DNA of 63,040 bases, the filler included, from Reticulomyxa filosa (Eukaryota > Protista > Foraminifera): assembly GCA_000512085.1 (NCBI GenBank). It is 23 parts of 23 records of this genome, joined end to end, with 100 filler letters (N's around TTAATTAATTAA, not from the genome) between each part and the next. Parts side by side here need not be neighbours in the genome. Positions count along the whole stretch, not along the records: positions 24,033 to 25,520 come from ASPP01007819.1; positions 25,621 to 27,077 come from ASPP01020070.1; positions 27,178 to 28,597 come from ASPP01025155.1; positions 28,698 to 30,158 come from ASPP01001066.1; positions 30,259 to 35,556 come from ASPP01006723.1; positions 35,657 to 42,272 come from ASPP01028835.1; 17 more parts are not named here. One strand, written 5' to 3'. Positions 24,204 to 38,600 of the stretch are shown piece by piece; within the stretch, counting starts at the first letter, position 1; the number at the start of each line of letters is the position of its first letter. The notes under the pieces are model-generated. The model did not search any database and was not told the DNA's origin. It saw only the letters and a program-made list of their open reading frames with translations. The position numbers and the translations under genes were made by a program.

Positions 24204-25456
24204 GAAACGAAAAAAAGTAGACATCCATCCCAAAATTGGAGTATATCGCACGGCGGACATGTGCTGCATTACAGCGACTTTCCCTTTTTGCTAAGCGAGT
24301 TGAATGAGTCATCCCAGGGGAGACACATGGACGAGGATGCAGTTCCACAGGACTCGACGGCGTTGGACTTGGACCACAGTCCGTCGATGGTGATGCACTT
24401 CATGCGCGAGTCGATGCGGAAGAATGCGAGCGTGAACTCGCATCCGCGACGTTGGCAAGTGCCGATATTCGAGCAGCTGAGGCAGCAGATCATCGAGGGC
24501 AAGAGCAAGCTGGACGAGACTCAGGCGCGATTGAGAGACACGCAAGACCATTTGAATCGAGAAGGAGAAGAGCGTGACGATGATGACGATGATGACGACG
24601 ATGACAACAACAATCGTAGTCATAACCGCAACCGTGATCGAGATAGAGATCAAGATCGAGATAGAGATAGGGATCGAGATCGAGATCGAGATCGTGATCA
24701 TGATCGTGATCGTGGTCGAGAAGGGGATAGCAATCATAACCATAATGACGACGATGATGAACACACACACAAGGAAGAAGAAGAAGACGAAGAAGAAAAC
24801 GACAACGAAGAACAGGAAGGCAATGCAAAGATCGACAAGCTGTCTCCATTACATCCTAACGGCCACAACAACGACAGAGCCCACGGCAATTATATCAATC
24901 ACAACAATGCGAGCACAAGCGACTTGACCGTCCAATCGCAATCCCATGTCATCGACTCCTCCTTCGTCGTCGAGCCTCCTGCAGGCGACGCCGACGACCA
25001 GTCCACTCCGTCGTTGAAATGCCTGTCGAGGACGCCTTGGCTGTCACCTCCTCTGACATTGTCTCTGCCAAAGCCAAAGGCAAGCCCAAGTCCAAAGACA
25101 AAGATGGGAGTAAAGACAAAGACAAAGACAAAGATAAAGAGAAAGAAAAAGACAAGGACAAAGATAAGGAAAAAGATAAAGATAAAACAAAAGGGAAAAC
25201 CAAAAGCAGGTCGAAACCAAAAAGCAAAAAACACAACGACGGAGGCCGCTCTGTCAAGTCGCCATTGAAAGATCGCGTGCGAGGCATACCCCACTCCAAC
25301 AGTGAAAAGTACTCTCTGGACTTGAGCAAAGAGGACGACTGGTCGGATTGCATGAATCGCATTGGCATTCATGTCTTTTCTTTTTGCGATCAAGAAACCT
25401 GGTGCTACTGCGGCTTAGTTTGTCGAGCCTGGCAATATGTTAGTCGATGCAAAAGG
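24204..25456 (+). CDS. F-box-like protein with DR/DK low-complexity region, partial
   Basis: IGIHVFSFCDQETWCYCGLVCRAWQYVS resembles an F-box. The coding frame switches between ORFs 24261 and 25019. Confidence 0.55.
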
Positions 25457-25483
25457 CACGTTCTCATATTCGGTATTATTTGT

Positions 25484-25520
<37 letters not shown>

Positions 25521-27037
25521 NNNNNNNNNNNNNNNNNNNNNNNNNNNNNNNNNNNNNNNNNNNNTTAATTAATTAANNNNNNNNNNNNNNNNNNNNNNNN
25601 NNNNNNNNNNNNNNNNNNNNATTATTATTGTTGTTTTTTTTGTAAGGCTAAACAAATGAAAGGAATACATATACATATGTTTATAAACATTTAGATTTTT
25701 GATTTTTTTAAAAAAAAAAAATCAAAAATCTAAACTTTCGAATCTCACTCAGACCAAGCTTTGCCCCTTCTTGAATATATTTGGAGTACAATTCTTCTGC
25801 GTATTGCTGTCTTTTTGCTGGCGATCGCTTGTGCCAGGTTGTACAAAAGTCATGCCATTCCTGCCAGAAATACCAAAACTCATCACAGTGCTTTGATTGC
25901 TGTTTTTGTTTTGTTTTGTTTTGTTTTGTTTGTTGTAATGTTAGCCTAATTCAATTCGCTTTGGTTATGTTTGGTCCCTTTTGGAAATAGACACGCAAAG
26001 GCATATTAAACCGGACAGAAGAAAACAAACAAACTGAACTAAATATTTCAAATATGCTGTTTGTCGTTATTGATTTGCGTTGCAAAGTTTGAAAAGTAGT
26101 GAACAAGCGACGGGCGCGATGGGGCACGGCAATGGGGATATATGTTACGACACAGTTTACAACAACACAATTGTATGGAATTCACAAGATGCAATTGAGG
26201 TCCTCATTACTCGAAAAAGCAGGAAAAGGGGAGGGGGGAGAAGAAAAAAAAGGGGGAGGAGGAAGGAGATACCATCAGAGACGTGTCGATCGGCCAAAAC
26301 GTCATTCAAAGTGGAATATTTTTCCATGCGTTGTTCATCTTCATCCGCCTTATTTTTTATGTTATGTTATGTTATGACATATTATTACGTTCTCTCAAAA
26401 TTTGAGCCAAACACCGTTGCAAGATCAGCCAAAAAAAACAAAAAGCAAGCCAAGCAAAAGTGAGCACAATGCAAGCAGAAACATGCGTACATGCTCTCGT
26501 TCCGTGTTAGCAATCAAATGATCGAGTCCTTTTAACAGTTGCACGGTCTCATCACGTTTGTAAAGTAAACTATATTATGTGAAAAGAGGGGGGGGGGACA
26601 TATGTTTGTGTGATTATCTCAAAAAATTGTTTTTTTTTTGTTTGTTTTTTTTTCCAAACAAAGTCTAAATTGAACCCATCTCGTCAAAGTGTCATAATTG
26701 TCAGTGCGCAGCGAATATACTCTTGCAGGTGTGTCAATGTCAAAATACCACCAATCTTTTTTGTTTCCAAACGATATATTCGAGCCTTTTCGGACCGTCG
26801 GAGACTCCTCCCACAGCACCCTGACAATGGCGGGTGGATTATTCAACGGGATATACTGAGCGCCGCGCGCCCCAGACATATACAAATCACGACGCTATTC
26901 TCTCAACATCAATACCAAACAAAAAAACAATACAATACAATTCAAACAAAAAAAAAAAGCATGTCCCCCCCCCCTCCTCCTCCCCCAATTGCAGTCCCGC
27001 AAGGAGAAAACAAATATACGTCTCAACATCAAAAACA

Positions 27038-27076
<39 letters not shown>

Positions 27077-28697
27077 ANNNNNNNNNNNNNNNNNNNNNNN
27101 NNNNNNNNNNNNNNNNNNNNNTTAATTAATTAANNNNNNNNNNNNNNNNNNNNNNNNNNNNNNNNNNNNNNNNNNNNGTTCAAAAGAAAGTGTTTGCAGA
27201 AATGCGCTTGATTCTCAAGCACGCAGACGGATTATCTGATGACATCATCGCTGTCCTTTTCGCCTTTGCCATCCTGCTTCCGCTGTCTCAGTCTCAACAG
27301 ATCCAATGCTAGCATCTTTTAATTGGTGATTGACAGAAGTGATAGATGCCTTTCCGGAAATGGAGGTTCATTTGACTAGCATTTGCAATCGATAAAACAT
27401 TACTCGGGACTCTCTTGCTTGGCCAACATATCACTCACACAGTCGCTATAACAACTTTCTTCTTTATTCTTTATACACTTACCATTATATATCCTAATCC
27501 CTTTTCATCAATCAAACCCAAGTCGAAATCGGAAAAACGCTCCGAGATAACAACGGAGGAGCAGCTGATGCTGTTGTCGCAATCACCACCGGTGGGAGGC
27601 TGAATGAGCGATTCGATCGCCATTGTCCACCGCCACAAGTTGTCACCGAGTTAGAATGTGACGTCATCGACTTGTGAAACAAATTAGCCAATCAAGACAG
27701 TCATAACTCCGTCATACTTGGAATGATTTCTATCGCAAACAGTAGTTGCATGTGTCAATATGCTCCTCGTTTTTGCATTTTGCATTTTACATTTGTTACT
27801 TTTTTGGGAATACCAAAAAAACAAACAACTCAAAACTAGAAGTTTCTTCCTGAATTTTATCTAGCATATATATAACAATGCAAATCACTATAACAATACA
27901 TGACAACACAAATACACATACTAACTTCAATGAATTACCACATTGTCAATCAGTAAAGTAACGTTCAGATCTATCATATGCTGCATGCCTTTCGCTTGAA
28001 TAAAAGCATTATAGACACATCTGAGCTGTTTTCAACAACGATATTTGTCTATCAGTGTATCACAAACTGATCTGTCGGAAACGTCACTAGCGCTTGCCGT
28101 GTACGTGCTTTGTCATTTTCATCCAACTCCAGAGCGTAGCTGTAGCTGCTGTTCCTTCTTTCAGATTAACTTTGTCATTAATCGGCAGTCCAAACTTGCG
28201 CGTCATTGCTCATCGCGCAGCACAGTCCTGTGTTCAGCTCTTTCAAATATCCATTGTCACCGCTGCAAGAGGCCAACGCGCCGTAAGTCTCAATGGCGAC
28301 AAATCTTTTCACCAACATTACTCGTTCACACCTGTTGTCACGTTGCAACACAATACTCCAAATATCATCGTCTTGTCTTGGCACTTGCTCATATAAAGCG
28401 TCCCTTCCGAATAAAAAAAAATTATGATATATTTTATATATATAATACTTGCAAGGGGAATGAAACAAACGAAATGATCATAATAGATTTTTTTTTTTAC
28501 TTTGTCAAAAAAAGAAAGCAAGAGAAATAGAAATGAGAGACAAACTGGAGATAGCTGGTAGATGTGAGCCAACAAAATATTGTCAATATTAGTGTCTNNN
28601 NNNNNNNNNNNNNNNNNNNNNNNNNNNNNNNNNNNNNNNNNTTAATTAATTAANNNNNNNNNNNNNNNNNNNNNNNNNNNNNNNNNNNNNNNNNNNN

Positions 28698-29241
28698 ATT
28701 TTTTCTATAGTCAACCGCCAAACGTTCCAAAATTAAGGCGCACAACCCTGAGCCAGTGCCTCCGCCTGCACTGTGTCTAATTACAAAGCCCATTACATTG
28801 TCGCAGTTATCGACAAGTTTTCTTAATCGGTCATTTACTTTATCAATAATTTGTTTACCGATTGTATAATGACCTCGGGCAAAGTTATTTGCTGCGTCCT
28901 CTTTCCCATGGACTAAAAACCCAGTGTGGAAAATTGCCGCAAAAGGGCCGTTTTTTATATCATCAATTACGTTCGGTTCCAAGTCAACCTATTTTTTTTT
29001 GTATGTTATACGTAACACAGAAAAACGATTCGTCAATGGAGTACTTAACTGCAAGATTATGATGAACAAATTGCCCAATACCCGTCTCTTCAAAGAAAGC
29101 CTTAAAAGAGTCATCCTTTACTGCATTTTCTTTTCTTTTACCACCGTTATCAATTGCGTGTTCTGCGCAATATTCTTTACAGATGGCGTTTCCTAGTTGT
29201 ATGCCGGCTTGACCGACTTCAATTGTGAGAACTTCTCTCAT
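28698..29241 (-). CDS. Divergent alpha-tubulin (retarian alpha2-like), 3'-partial; intron 29049..28989
   Basis: [18 protein letters not shown]; VDLEPNVID; [18 protein letters not shown]; [10 protein letters not shown]; ERLAVDY. Confidence 0.93.
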
Positions 29242-29601
29242 TTTATTTGTAAAAATCACAACTAAAAAAACACTTAACAAAAAAAAAGGAACTCACAAAA
29301 CTCCCTCTTTTAAAAAACTAAAGGGGACTCTTCCAGCTTGAGACTAAACAGCACCGTTGTTTGCTTCAAACAAAAAAACTTTTTCAAAGACTATTTGACG
29401 AAATAATTAACTACGAAAAAGGAGAAGCTTTAAAGAAAAGCCAACATTAAATTTGTAATATCATGAACTGATTCTTAAATTTCTTTTTGGCCGTTATTTG
29501 CTTTTGATAGTCCCTGTTTAGAAGATACCATCTTGGTAGCAAAAGAAAAAAAAAAGGCAAAGGAGATAGAGTAAGCAGAGATAGTTTCTAAGCGAAAAAA
29601 A

Positions 29602-30158
29602 TTAAATGGATCCACTTAAATAAGCGTCCTTTACTTGTTTCCATGTTTTATCACTCAAGGAAACCTTAAGTTTGTACTCATCAAAAATAGTTTGAGCCGT
29701 GACACGATCAAAAGGAGAACGATCCAAAAGCACAACAAACCCACCCAAATCAGGGAAGCCAGTGGTGTTATTAAACCTCATCATTCACACCTGTGACTAA
29801 CGAGGTATTAAATACACCGAACGTTTGCGATTGACAGCAAAGAGGATATTATGAGTGATATTGGCCGACTGCAAGTAATCAATGTAATAAAAGATCATTT
29901 GCTCAAGTTCAAGACATCAGCCCAATAAAGTTGTTGTTGCACATCATTCTCAACAAGATTGAGTTCATACAACAATGCGTGAAAAGGGAAAAGGGGTCCA
30001 CCATTTCAAAAATGTTCACATTTTGGAAGCTTTGAACGATGCTTTGTGTTTGCGCTTGTTCGATGGGCAGAAGCGCATTTGCGTATCTCCACAATTGATA
30101 ATGAAAGTGGTTGCCAAGCAACATGTGAAAGTGTTTCCACGAGCCCATTGTCTTTTCC
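29602..30158 (-). CDS. GDP-hexose phosphorylase (VTC2/GDPGP1 HIT-like family), C-terminal exons
   Basis: NHFHYQLWRYANALLPIE (compare VTC2 NHLHFQ..PLE), then YLQSANITHNILF..VYLIPR and PDLGGFVVLLDRSPFDRVT..VSLSDKTW in the expected order. Confidence 0.7.
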
Positions 30159-30479
30159 NNNNNNNNNNNNNNNNNNNNNNNNNNNNNNNNNNNNNNNNNN
30201 NNTTAATTAATTAANNNNNNNNNNNNNNNNNNNNNNNNNNNNNNNNNNNNNNNNNNNNTTGACAAAACATCCAAAAATTTTTTTCTGCAGAAAAATCCAT
30301 AGGAAATTTAAAAAAATCGTTCGCATTCTCGTTTGATTTCATACAAAAAAATTTGACAGCGCCCTTTTAGAATTTGTTTCATACAAGAATAAAGTTTCGT
30401 ATGGCACAAAAATCTAGATTAAAAAAACCACAATTTGATGTGGAATATTTTATTTTTTTTTTTGAAGTGATTGTTTATC

Positions 30480-32160
30480 AAAAGGGTTCAAAAATAAAAG
30501 AAATTTGAAATTACGAATAAATGTGGAATAAGGATAAATAGATAATATTATTTTGTTGAAATTTTTTTAGTTTATGAAAGTAATCAAAATAATGAATATC
30601 AGAAAATGAAATTTAAATTGCATTATAAAATATAGCGATTTGAAAGAAAGATTGTTGTTTTGGGTTATATCATTAAATGAAGCAGGAAGAATAAAGATTT
30701 GTATATATGCTACTGAAACGAGGAAATTTGTACCTATTGAAGTGATAAACGTGGACAAAGCAAAAAAATGCGTGGCGAAAATAATTGAAAAAATTGATGA
30801 AAAAAAGGTCAAAGTAATAACTGTGATGATATTTATAAAGGAAAAATAAAATAATAAATGAAAATTTAAATCAAAAAAAGTTTTTACACAAAGATATAGA
30901 ATGATGATATCTATTGCAATTTTGGTAAAAGTTAGAACAAACAACATAATGGGCCGCAACCTATGTATCAAAAGGAAAATATTTATCAATATCAGCATTA
31001 TCGAAAAAATAGATATCAAAGAAATTGACATTAAGGAATTGAACATCAAAGAAATGGATTTCGAAGAAGCATATTCAACAAAATACATATCAAATGAATA
31101 TTTTTCCAAATTATATTTCAAATAACATACCAAATTACACCAAACAATATTCCAGTATACAATCTAAACTTTGCACCACTATATAATAATAACAGTAACA
31201 TTAATATCAATAATGGAATACAAAAAAGACCTATAAATAACAATTCTAATAATATTAATAATGGACAATAATCAATAATGAGTTATAGACATCATTGAAA
31301 TCGCCTGGGCATAGTTCCAAGTAATCTACATAATAGTAATAACAAAATTGAATCAATGAAACTTAGTAATAATATAAACACAATTAAAAATTCAATCAAA
31401 TTAATTATAATAAAAATAATATAAGTGTGAATAAAAAATAATGTAAAATTCTCTTTTTAAATATAAATAGTAATATCAATTTAAAAATTACAAATTTTGC
31501 TATCATGAAGGTATATCGAGAAGAAAGACTGTACTTTTTTTGTCTATATGAAACAAATTAAAAGTATATATATAAATATATTATTATCAATGTAGCAATA
31601 ATATATCAAGAATCATATAAACACGATATAAAATACAAAATGAAGATTAAGTAATTGTATGTGTAAAATAACAAAACAAGCTTGGATACATTATGCAAAC
31701 CATAATCAATTTACTGAAAACAATATTATGACAATAATTCTCTATAAATACTAATTAATAATATTATTTGTATACATTACACCAAATGAAGATAACATAT
31801 ATCAATTAAAAATTTTAAACACTAGCCAAACATATGGTCAGATGAAATATATAATTATAAAACAAAACAAATAACTTTCTCGATAGTTGATTATGCAATT
31901 ATTATCACAAATAGTATATTGGATCATTGTAATCCACAAATGAGCATACTAAAGTATTCACTTGATCTGACCATTTTCCTATAAGATTAATATTTGATAT
32001 AAAACAACAAATAGAATATAAACTTTTATCAAATACAATTATAATAGATAAAACAAAATTGCAAAAGATATTACCAGATATTAAAAAAAGAATGGACCAA
32101 TTATTAATGGACATTGAAACAACAACTCAGCCGAAAATGAAATGACTAAGAAGGTTAAAA
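30480..32160 (+). mobile_element. Highly decayed non-LTR (LINE) relic with APE endonuclease remnant
   Basis: KILFLNIN-like first strand near 31445, FCLYET, ILDHC and SDHFPIRLIF at 31966..31995. Many stops; extremely AT-rich. Confidence 0.55.
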
Positions 32161-32599
32161 GAGCGCATGGATTAACAAGCAGCGTCAACAATACTCTTTA
32201 TTGATAAATTCGATGTATATGTTTTGTTTATGTGTATTTTTTTTGTCAAATCTAATTATGCATAAACCAAAAAAGCAAAGTTTTAACTTTTGTAAAAAAG
32301 ATTGACTTTACCTTTCAAGTGCCTTTTGGTCTCGAATTTTTTTTGTTTACGTATACATATTTTGGACACTTTCTGTAAGACTTGTTGAATGCAAGTACAT
32401 TAATAAAAATTGTGATCATGCTACATTTATTGACATTACAAGAGCAAACGAAGTTTATGTAAAAAAAATATTTTACTCCTAGAAATTTATTTCCTCGCCT
32501 TCACGTAGGTAATTTAAATATTTTAAATCGTCTTAGTCAAAAAATTTCAAGTTGATGCACGCATCAGTTATTTTTTTAGCATGTGAGCAAAGCAGAAAC

Positions 32600-33861
32600 G
32601 TTACATATTAGCAAATGTGACTTTTCTTCGATCACTCACTTTTGAATGAGCAATTTCCGCTTTGTTGAACATATCCAACAACCCTCTCAAGTTTTTCTTG
32701 GAGGACAAATTTTTTTCGAATAGTTTTGGGATGTACAAATCTGTAAGCAAAATGTGTAAAAATAGGCCGTGTTGTTTGAGATATTTAGACAGGGCTGCAA
32801 AAACAAAAGAGACTAACCCTCAATGGTCAAAAAAATTTGCAGGTCTGATGACTGAAAATTCTATTATTTATTCGTTTTGTTGAGTGTGAAAATACAAAAT
32901 AAATAGAAACTAATAAATATACCGTTTCCACAGGAACGTATTCCAACGTAAAAGTTTTGCTTAGGAATTCAACATACACTGCAACAATGGGCAATGAAAG
33001 GCATTTGTGGATGCAACTGAAATACCTTACTAGCGTGTTTGTAAGCAGCAATGAAAAAAAAGAAAGAAGGGGGAAAATTTTTAAAAAGTCTAACATGAGG
33101 CAGGAACTATTTCCAGCTGAGCAATGCGTTGAATAATTTTTTCTTCGTCAATTTGTTCTGCAAATTGTGTCAAACGAAACATATAATAAAAAACTAAAAT
33201 CTCCTGTGTTTTATCACTTGAAAAAAAGTCCCTATCACGCTCTTTGCTGCTCTGAGAGCTTGCATCCATTTTTTTAGATATTACTTTGTCTTTTTTTAAT
33301 CCCTTATCCAAGACATTTTTGATGTGTTGAACAAAATGATCAATGTCCAGGATTTGCAACACTTCTGCATGCCCAGTGCACAAGAAAAGCAACATGCCAA
33401 CACATTTTTCGTACTTGTCGCATCTGTGCAAGAGACACCAGGAAATTTATTTTTGGCTTACTTTTGTTGACATCGATACTTCCTCCTCAACATGGGTATG
33501 CAATAAAAAAAAATAAAATAAACATGTCAAGAAGTAATTGGATTTGTTCATGCTGATTGTTAGCGAATGCTTCAATTTGTTGAAAAAAAAGCTTTGAGTT
33601 TTGATGGGACTTGTATGCGCTTAGCAGCCGCAATAGTAAATTAAGTTTTCCTTCTTCTAGGAGTATTCGAACGCCAGGTTCGTTATCAATTTCATCCCAC
33701 AAAGTGCCATCTTCTCGCTTTCCTGATTCTTCAGTAGAATGGAGACTATGAGTGTTTTTTTGATCTTTCGGGTATTGCCCCTTCTTTGGTACTACAACTT
33801 GTTGAATCTCGCACTTGTTCTCAAACACAATTCGTGTCAACTCCTTCAATTTTTGTGCCAT
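32600..33861 (-). CDS. Hypothetical multi-exon protein
   Basis: Consecutive minus-strand ORFs 33487..33867 and 33090..33431 plus further exon-like segments, with globular-type composition (LWDEIDNEPGVRILLEEGKLNLLLRLL). Confidence 0.55.
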
Positions 33862-35656
33862 TTCCATCCATTGTGGGGATAAAAATTCGTAGCAACGATA
33901 GCTGTTATTAGTTTTCGCAACTGATTTTCTTTTTTATTTATATTCATTTCGTTTTTGTTGGTCGTACTAGTCGCATAATTTAATTGTCGAGTGTTTGTGT
34001 CTCGTTTTGCCTCCAAGTGTAATTTTTCGAGCAATAACATGAATACTTTTTTCGTGAAATTGTGTTTTTAATGATGTTTGGTCGATGATGTCTCTTGTTC
34101 ATGTTGATGCGTGTTTTCATAATTGAATACCTCAATTAAAAAACTAGAAGGTCTTTTCCAAATGAAAACTGAAAAAGTAATGTTGAATTTTTGAAAAAAT
34201 TCAATCTACTAAATTATTTGTTGTACGCCTATAAAGGAGGCGTTAAAAAATTATTGTGAATAGTAGCCAAAAAAACGAGAGTGTTTGTTGTTTCTTACTT
34301 CTGCTCTTACAAAGAGTTTGTTCGAGTAGTTTGCAGGGAGTAGTTCAATTTTTAAAAGCTGCTCCTTGGCAGTTTTAATAAGTACGAGTTAATTCATAAT
34401 GGAGTTAAAAGATGCCCTACAAATCCTTTCAGTAGAAAATTTAGCCAGTCAACGTGATCTAAAACATATTTTGATTAACTTTCAAAAGAGTGTTTATCCA
34501 TTTTTGGGAACCAGTGAAAAACGAGATTCTTCAATGTATCGACAGTAGTTGTTTCGATGCGTTTGTTTTTTATATTGTTGTTCAATTTCAGTGGCATTGA
34601 TGATCTGCAAAACAAAAAGCGAACACAATGCATTTAAAAAAAAAAAAAAATAGAAAAAAACCATTAGCAAACAGTGCCTCATTATTTGTGGCAATTGCAA
34701 ACAAGAACATTTCGAGTTTATGTAAAACAGACTGGCAACGTTTCGATTCAAAGCAATCGTTTGAAATTCAGCAAGCTTCGTTTATATCTTTATTGCTCAC
34801 CATTTCGTCTTCTCTGCTCCACAGACAATCATACATTTAAATAATCAAACGTGTTCTCTCACGCTTGAGTGGGACTGAGGTTCAACCCCCAAATAGTGTG
34901 ATGTTGCTTAGAGAAAAGAGATTTTGCACCGTCAGCATTTTTTTTTTTAAAAAAGAGCGTTTCCAGAACAAAAAAAAAAAAAAAGTGGCAATATAAACAA
35001 ACCCAAACACAACAACAACAACAATTGTTCAAATCAATTAAATCAATCAATCAAAAAAAAAAAAAAAAAATTGTATCACAGGTGTTGATTGAAACTGGTT
35101 GTTTGGCGGAGCAATGCGTGTTAAAACAACAAGGAACACTGAAGTTGAAAAAGTGGTCCATTGAAAAGATGTGGAGCTCTTATATGCAGCAGGGATTATA
35201 TCTATTGCAAGTTTGAAGTGCTTCTTTCTTCCTCCTCACACTTGTCCATGTTTTTGGTTATTTCGTATTTTTTTTTTTTGTGATTAAAATGTCCGTGCCG
35301 AAAAACGACAAATAAACTTTTTTGGAATGTGTTTTGATCCACAAGTATGAAGTAGTAAATAAAGAAATCGATATGCTGTTGAATTATTTAAACGCTTTGA
35401 AGAATGAAGTGCAGTCTTTTTCGAGCAAAGGTCGGAAAAAACTAATCTTTTTTTTTTTTTTTTTTTGAATAATCAAAAAAAAAATTAAAATTTTTATTGC
35501 AGTTGCAATGTTGTTTTTTTTTTTTTTTTTTTTATACATATTGTAAACCCCCCCCCNNNNNNNNNNNNNNNNNNNNNNNNNNNNNNNNNNNNNNNNNNNN
35601 TTAATTAATTAANNNNNNNNNNNNNNNNNNNNNNNNNNNNNNNNNNNNNNNNNNNN

Positions 35657-35687
<31 letters not shown>

Positions 35688-38600
35688 CATTGTCATTGTT
35701 TTTATTGTTTGCACGACTTGAATCGGCAGAGGCCGTAAGAATGCTGTCCACAGCATCCAGCGCATGGATCAATAAGCCACTACGACTGTAGCTCACACAG
35801 GCCCTTCTCTCCAGTATCTGCAAGTCCGATTCGGAGATTGCCTGCGACGCGCGAAAGTATGCCTCAGGTACGAATGGAGATGACAATGGCTCTTCTTCAT
35901 TTTATCGGCGGCGACGGCGGCGTTGGTGACTTGGCTCGAGGTCTCGACTTCGCTTTCGGCGGTATCGAAGCCACCCATAAAGTCGTCAAACAAAGGAGAC
36001 TGAAAGATGGCTGCGGCAGTCATTGGTTTATTGGCCTTCGAAGAAGCAGAAGCAGAAGAAGCATTTGCATTGGCTTTTTGAACACTCAGGGCAATGTCAT
36101 TGTATTTCAAATGCTTGAACAATGCAAAGATGGTTGGTGAGTCACACATCTCCAAATGCTTTTGCGAGTTGTGTGGAGACAATCTCTGAAGGAACACTTG
36201 AACGGCCTCTTTTGGTCGTTTCAGCCACCACCACAGCATGTGTTCGACCCACACATTGTCAAAGAAATTGGACTGCACAAATGAAAGCACCTTATGTTCG
36301 AGAAGTGATGCAAACAGGGACGGATTGGCATCGTAGTATACGTATCTGGCAATGAGCAAGGCCAAATGGGGATCTTCCAAGGACTCGGTGGCGATGATAA
36401 TGGCATTTTCGTAATCCCCGGACAGAAGCCAAAACGCGCAGCTTTGAATGAAGTCACGTTTGCCTTGCAGTTTGAAGGCATTGCCACGAGCGCTCTCTTG
36501 ATTTTTCGGCAGAGAAAAGTCTTTGGAAAACCACGCGAACAGGGCCTCTTTGCCTTTCATTACGCGAAGCAATTCCACAAAGACATTTTTTTTGTTTAGC
36601 AATAGATACCAAAGCAACGCGTCGGATGGGTTCTTTGTCTTTTTGTAAATGTCCTGAGCTAGTCGCAACAGCAATTGATCAAATCGTTGTTTGGATTGAA
36701 GCCAATAGCCAACACCAAGATGCTTGATAACGTCGTATGTGAGAAGGACGCGGTCGGACCTGGGTAGACACAAGTCCAGTAGTGTGTCTTGACATTGCGA
36801 ATGCAATGCGAAGCAAACGGACGAGATTGGTACAAACGATCGTCGCTGCAAAAAGTATAGATTGCTAGCCAACAGAAAGCGCTCTCCACATCGGTCCATC
36901 GTTCGTCGACGTTGCTCTTGCATCTGCTGCAGCGACTGCAGCAGTGTCAACAGCGTCAAATTGTGAGTCGTCGATACCATTGGCAGTTGAATTTTCATTA
37001 CCAAGTCATACAGCTCTTGCGTCTCTTTGCTTGTCAATTCGACTGACTTCTTGCTGTTCTTGTCGTTATCGTCATCATCATTGTCATCGACATTGACATT
37101 GTTTGTGTTCTTTGTTTGATTATTACCCCATCGATATACAAGCTGCTGTTGAGGTTTGTTTGATGTCAAAAGCCAATGGATTGGCACCAACACTTTCATT
37201 CGTGTTTTGACGGTATGCACGCCATACATGTCCTCTGGGATGGATCGCAGCACTTGAAGAAGGTCCTTCAGGATGCGTTGAATGCGGTCCAAATGGCCGC
37301 TCTTCATGTCCTCGTAGAGGGCCAAGGGATGGTACAAGGGTCTTCCCGGCCATCCCGCCACGTTAGAAGTCGTCGGTAATCTCACCACCAGCCATCGCTC
37401 CACGGTGTCTTTGCGATACAACAGCAATGTCGTTGGCGATAATAGTACCATGGCCGTCACTAATGCTTTGCTGGGCCATTGCGGTTCCATCGTTTCTATC
37501 CCTTTGTTCATTTTATCTTTATCTTTATCTCTATCTCTATCTCTATCTCTATCCCTATCCCTATCCTTGTCTTTATCCTTGTTGCTCTTCTTGACACGTC
37601 GATTCTTGTTATCGTGTCCACTGTTATTCGCTATCAAATCTTGCAACGAAAAACTTCGAAAGTACTCTTCGCCTCTCCATCGAACGTCCAAATCGCGCAG
37701 CACGGGAAAATACATGCGCAGACTGCTTATTGCGTTGTTTCCGCAAACCATGCAAGTTCCCCCTGCTGTGGTTAGCAGAGCGATATCTTTCCAACGCGAG
37801 ACTTCTGCATTAGAACTGGAATTAGAATTGGAATTGGAATGACCACTTCAAACTGCCAATCATTGGGAGATGAATCATGCTCATACATGGTCACTCCATA
37901 TGTCTCGTGCAAGTACAACAGCGTGGTCTCATTAATACACTTTGGGATTAGACGCAGACGACGGCCAAGGTGATCTGCGCGATCGCTGTCGGAGTTGATC
38001 TCCTGCGTTTGCAAGGGAATGAGTTCTTTGGTATATTTCGCATCGTCAGCGAAACGGTAGCTCGTGGACGTGTATTTGCGACATTGTTTGTCCATGAACA
38101 CAAGGACCATGGTGGCATTGCCTTGAGTGGATGCCACTCCATTGGCCTCGACGCAGAGTTGGTCGGACGGGAATCGTTCGGAAACGACCCACGACAACGT
38201 GTCTGCAATGTCCTTCTTTGTCATTATTGCTGTTGTTGTTGTTGTTGCTGTGGATAATGAGCGATATAGCAGCGCATCCACCTTGGTGCTCCTCACAACG
38301 ATAGGTGCGCGTCGTTGTTGGTGTCGATCCGAGCTTTTCCAATGAGATAGGAATGGATGTGCACGCGACCGATTTTTCGCATCAGCGTCGCCTTCGTCTG
38401 GAGATCGTGACGTGCTAAAAATCCGACCCATGGTGCTGTTGCTGTATTGTTGCTGCGTCCAATGCAGCTGCTTCGACGTGTAGTGATCGTTTTCAATCTT
38501 TTCCAAGCCTTGTTTTGACAGTGAGTTGATATCCAGTGCAAATCCAAACCAACCGCTTTCTTGAACAACGATGACCATATTACATTGTTTGTCTTTATCT

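Noticed and set aside
25621-28597. Short ORFs on two contigs
   Set aside because: No recognisable motifs or consistent exon chain could be supported.
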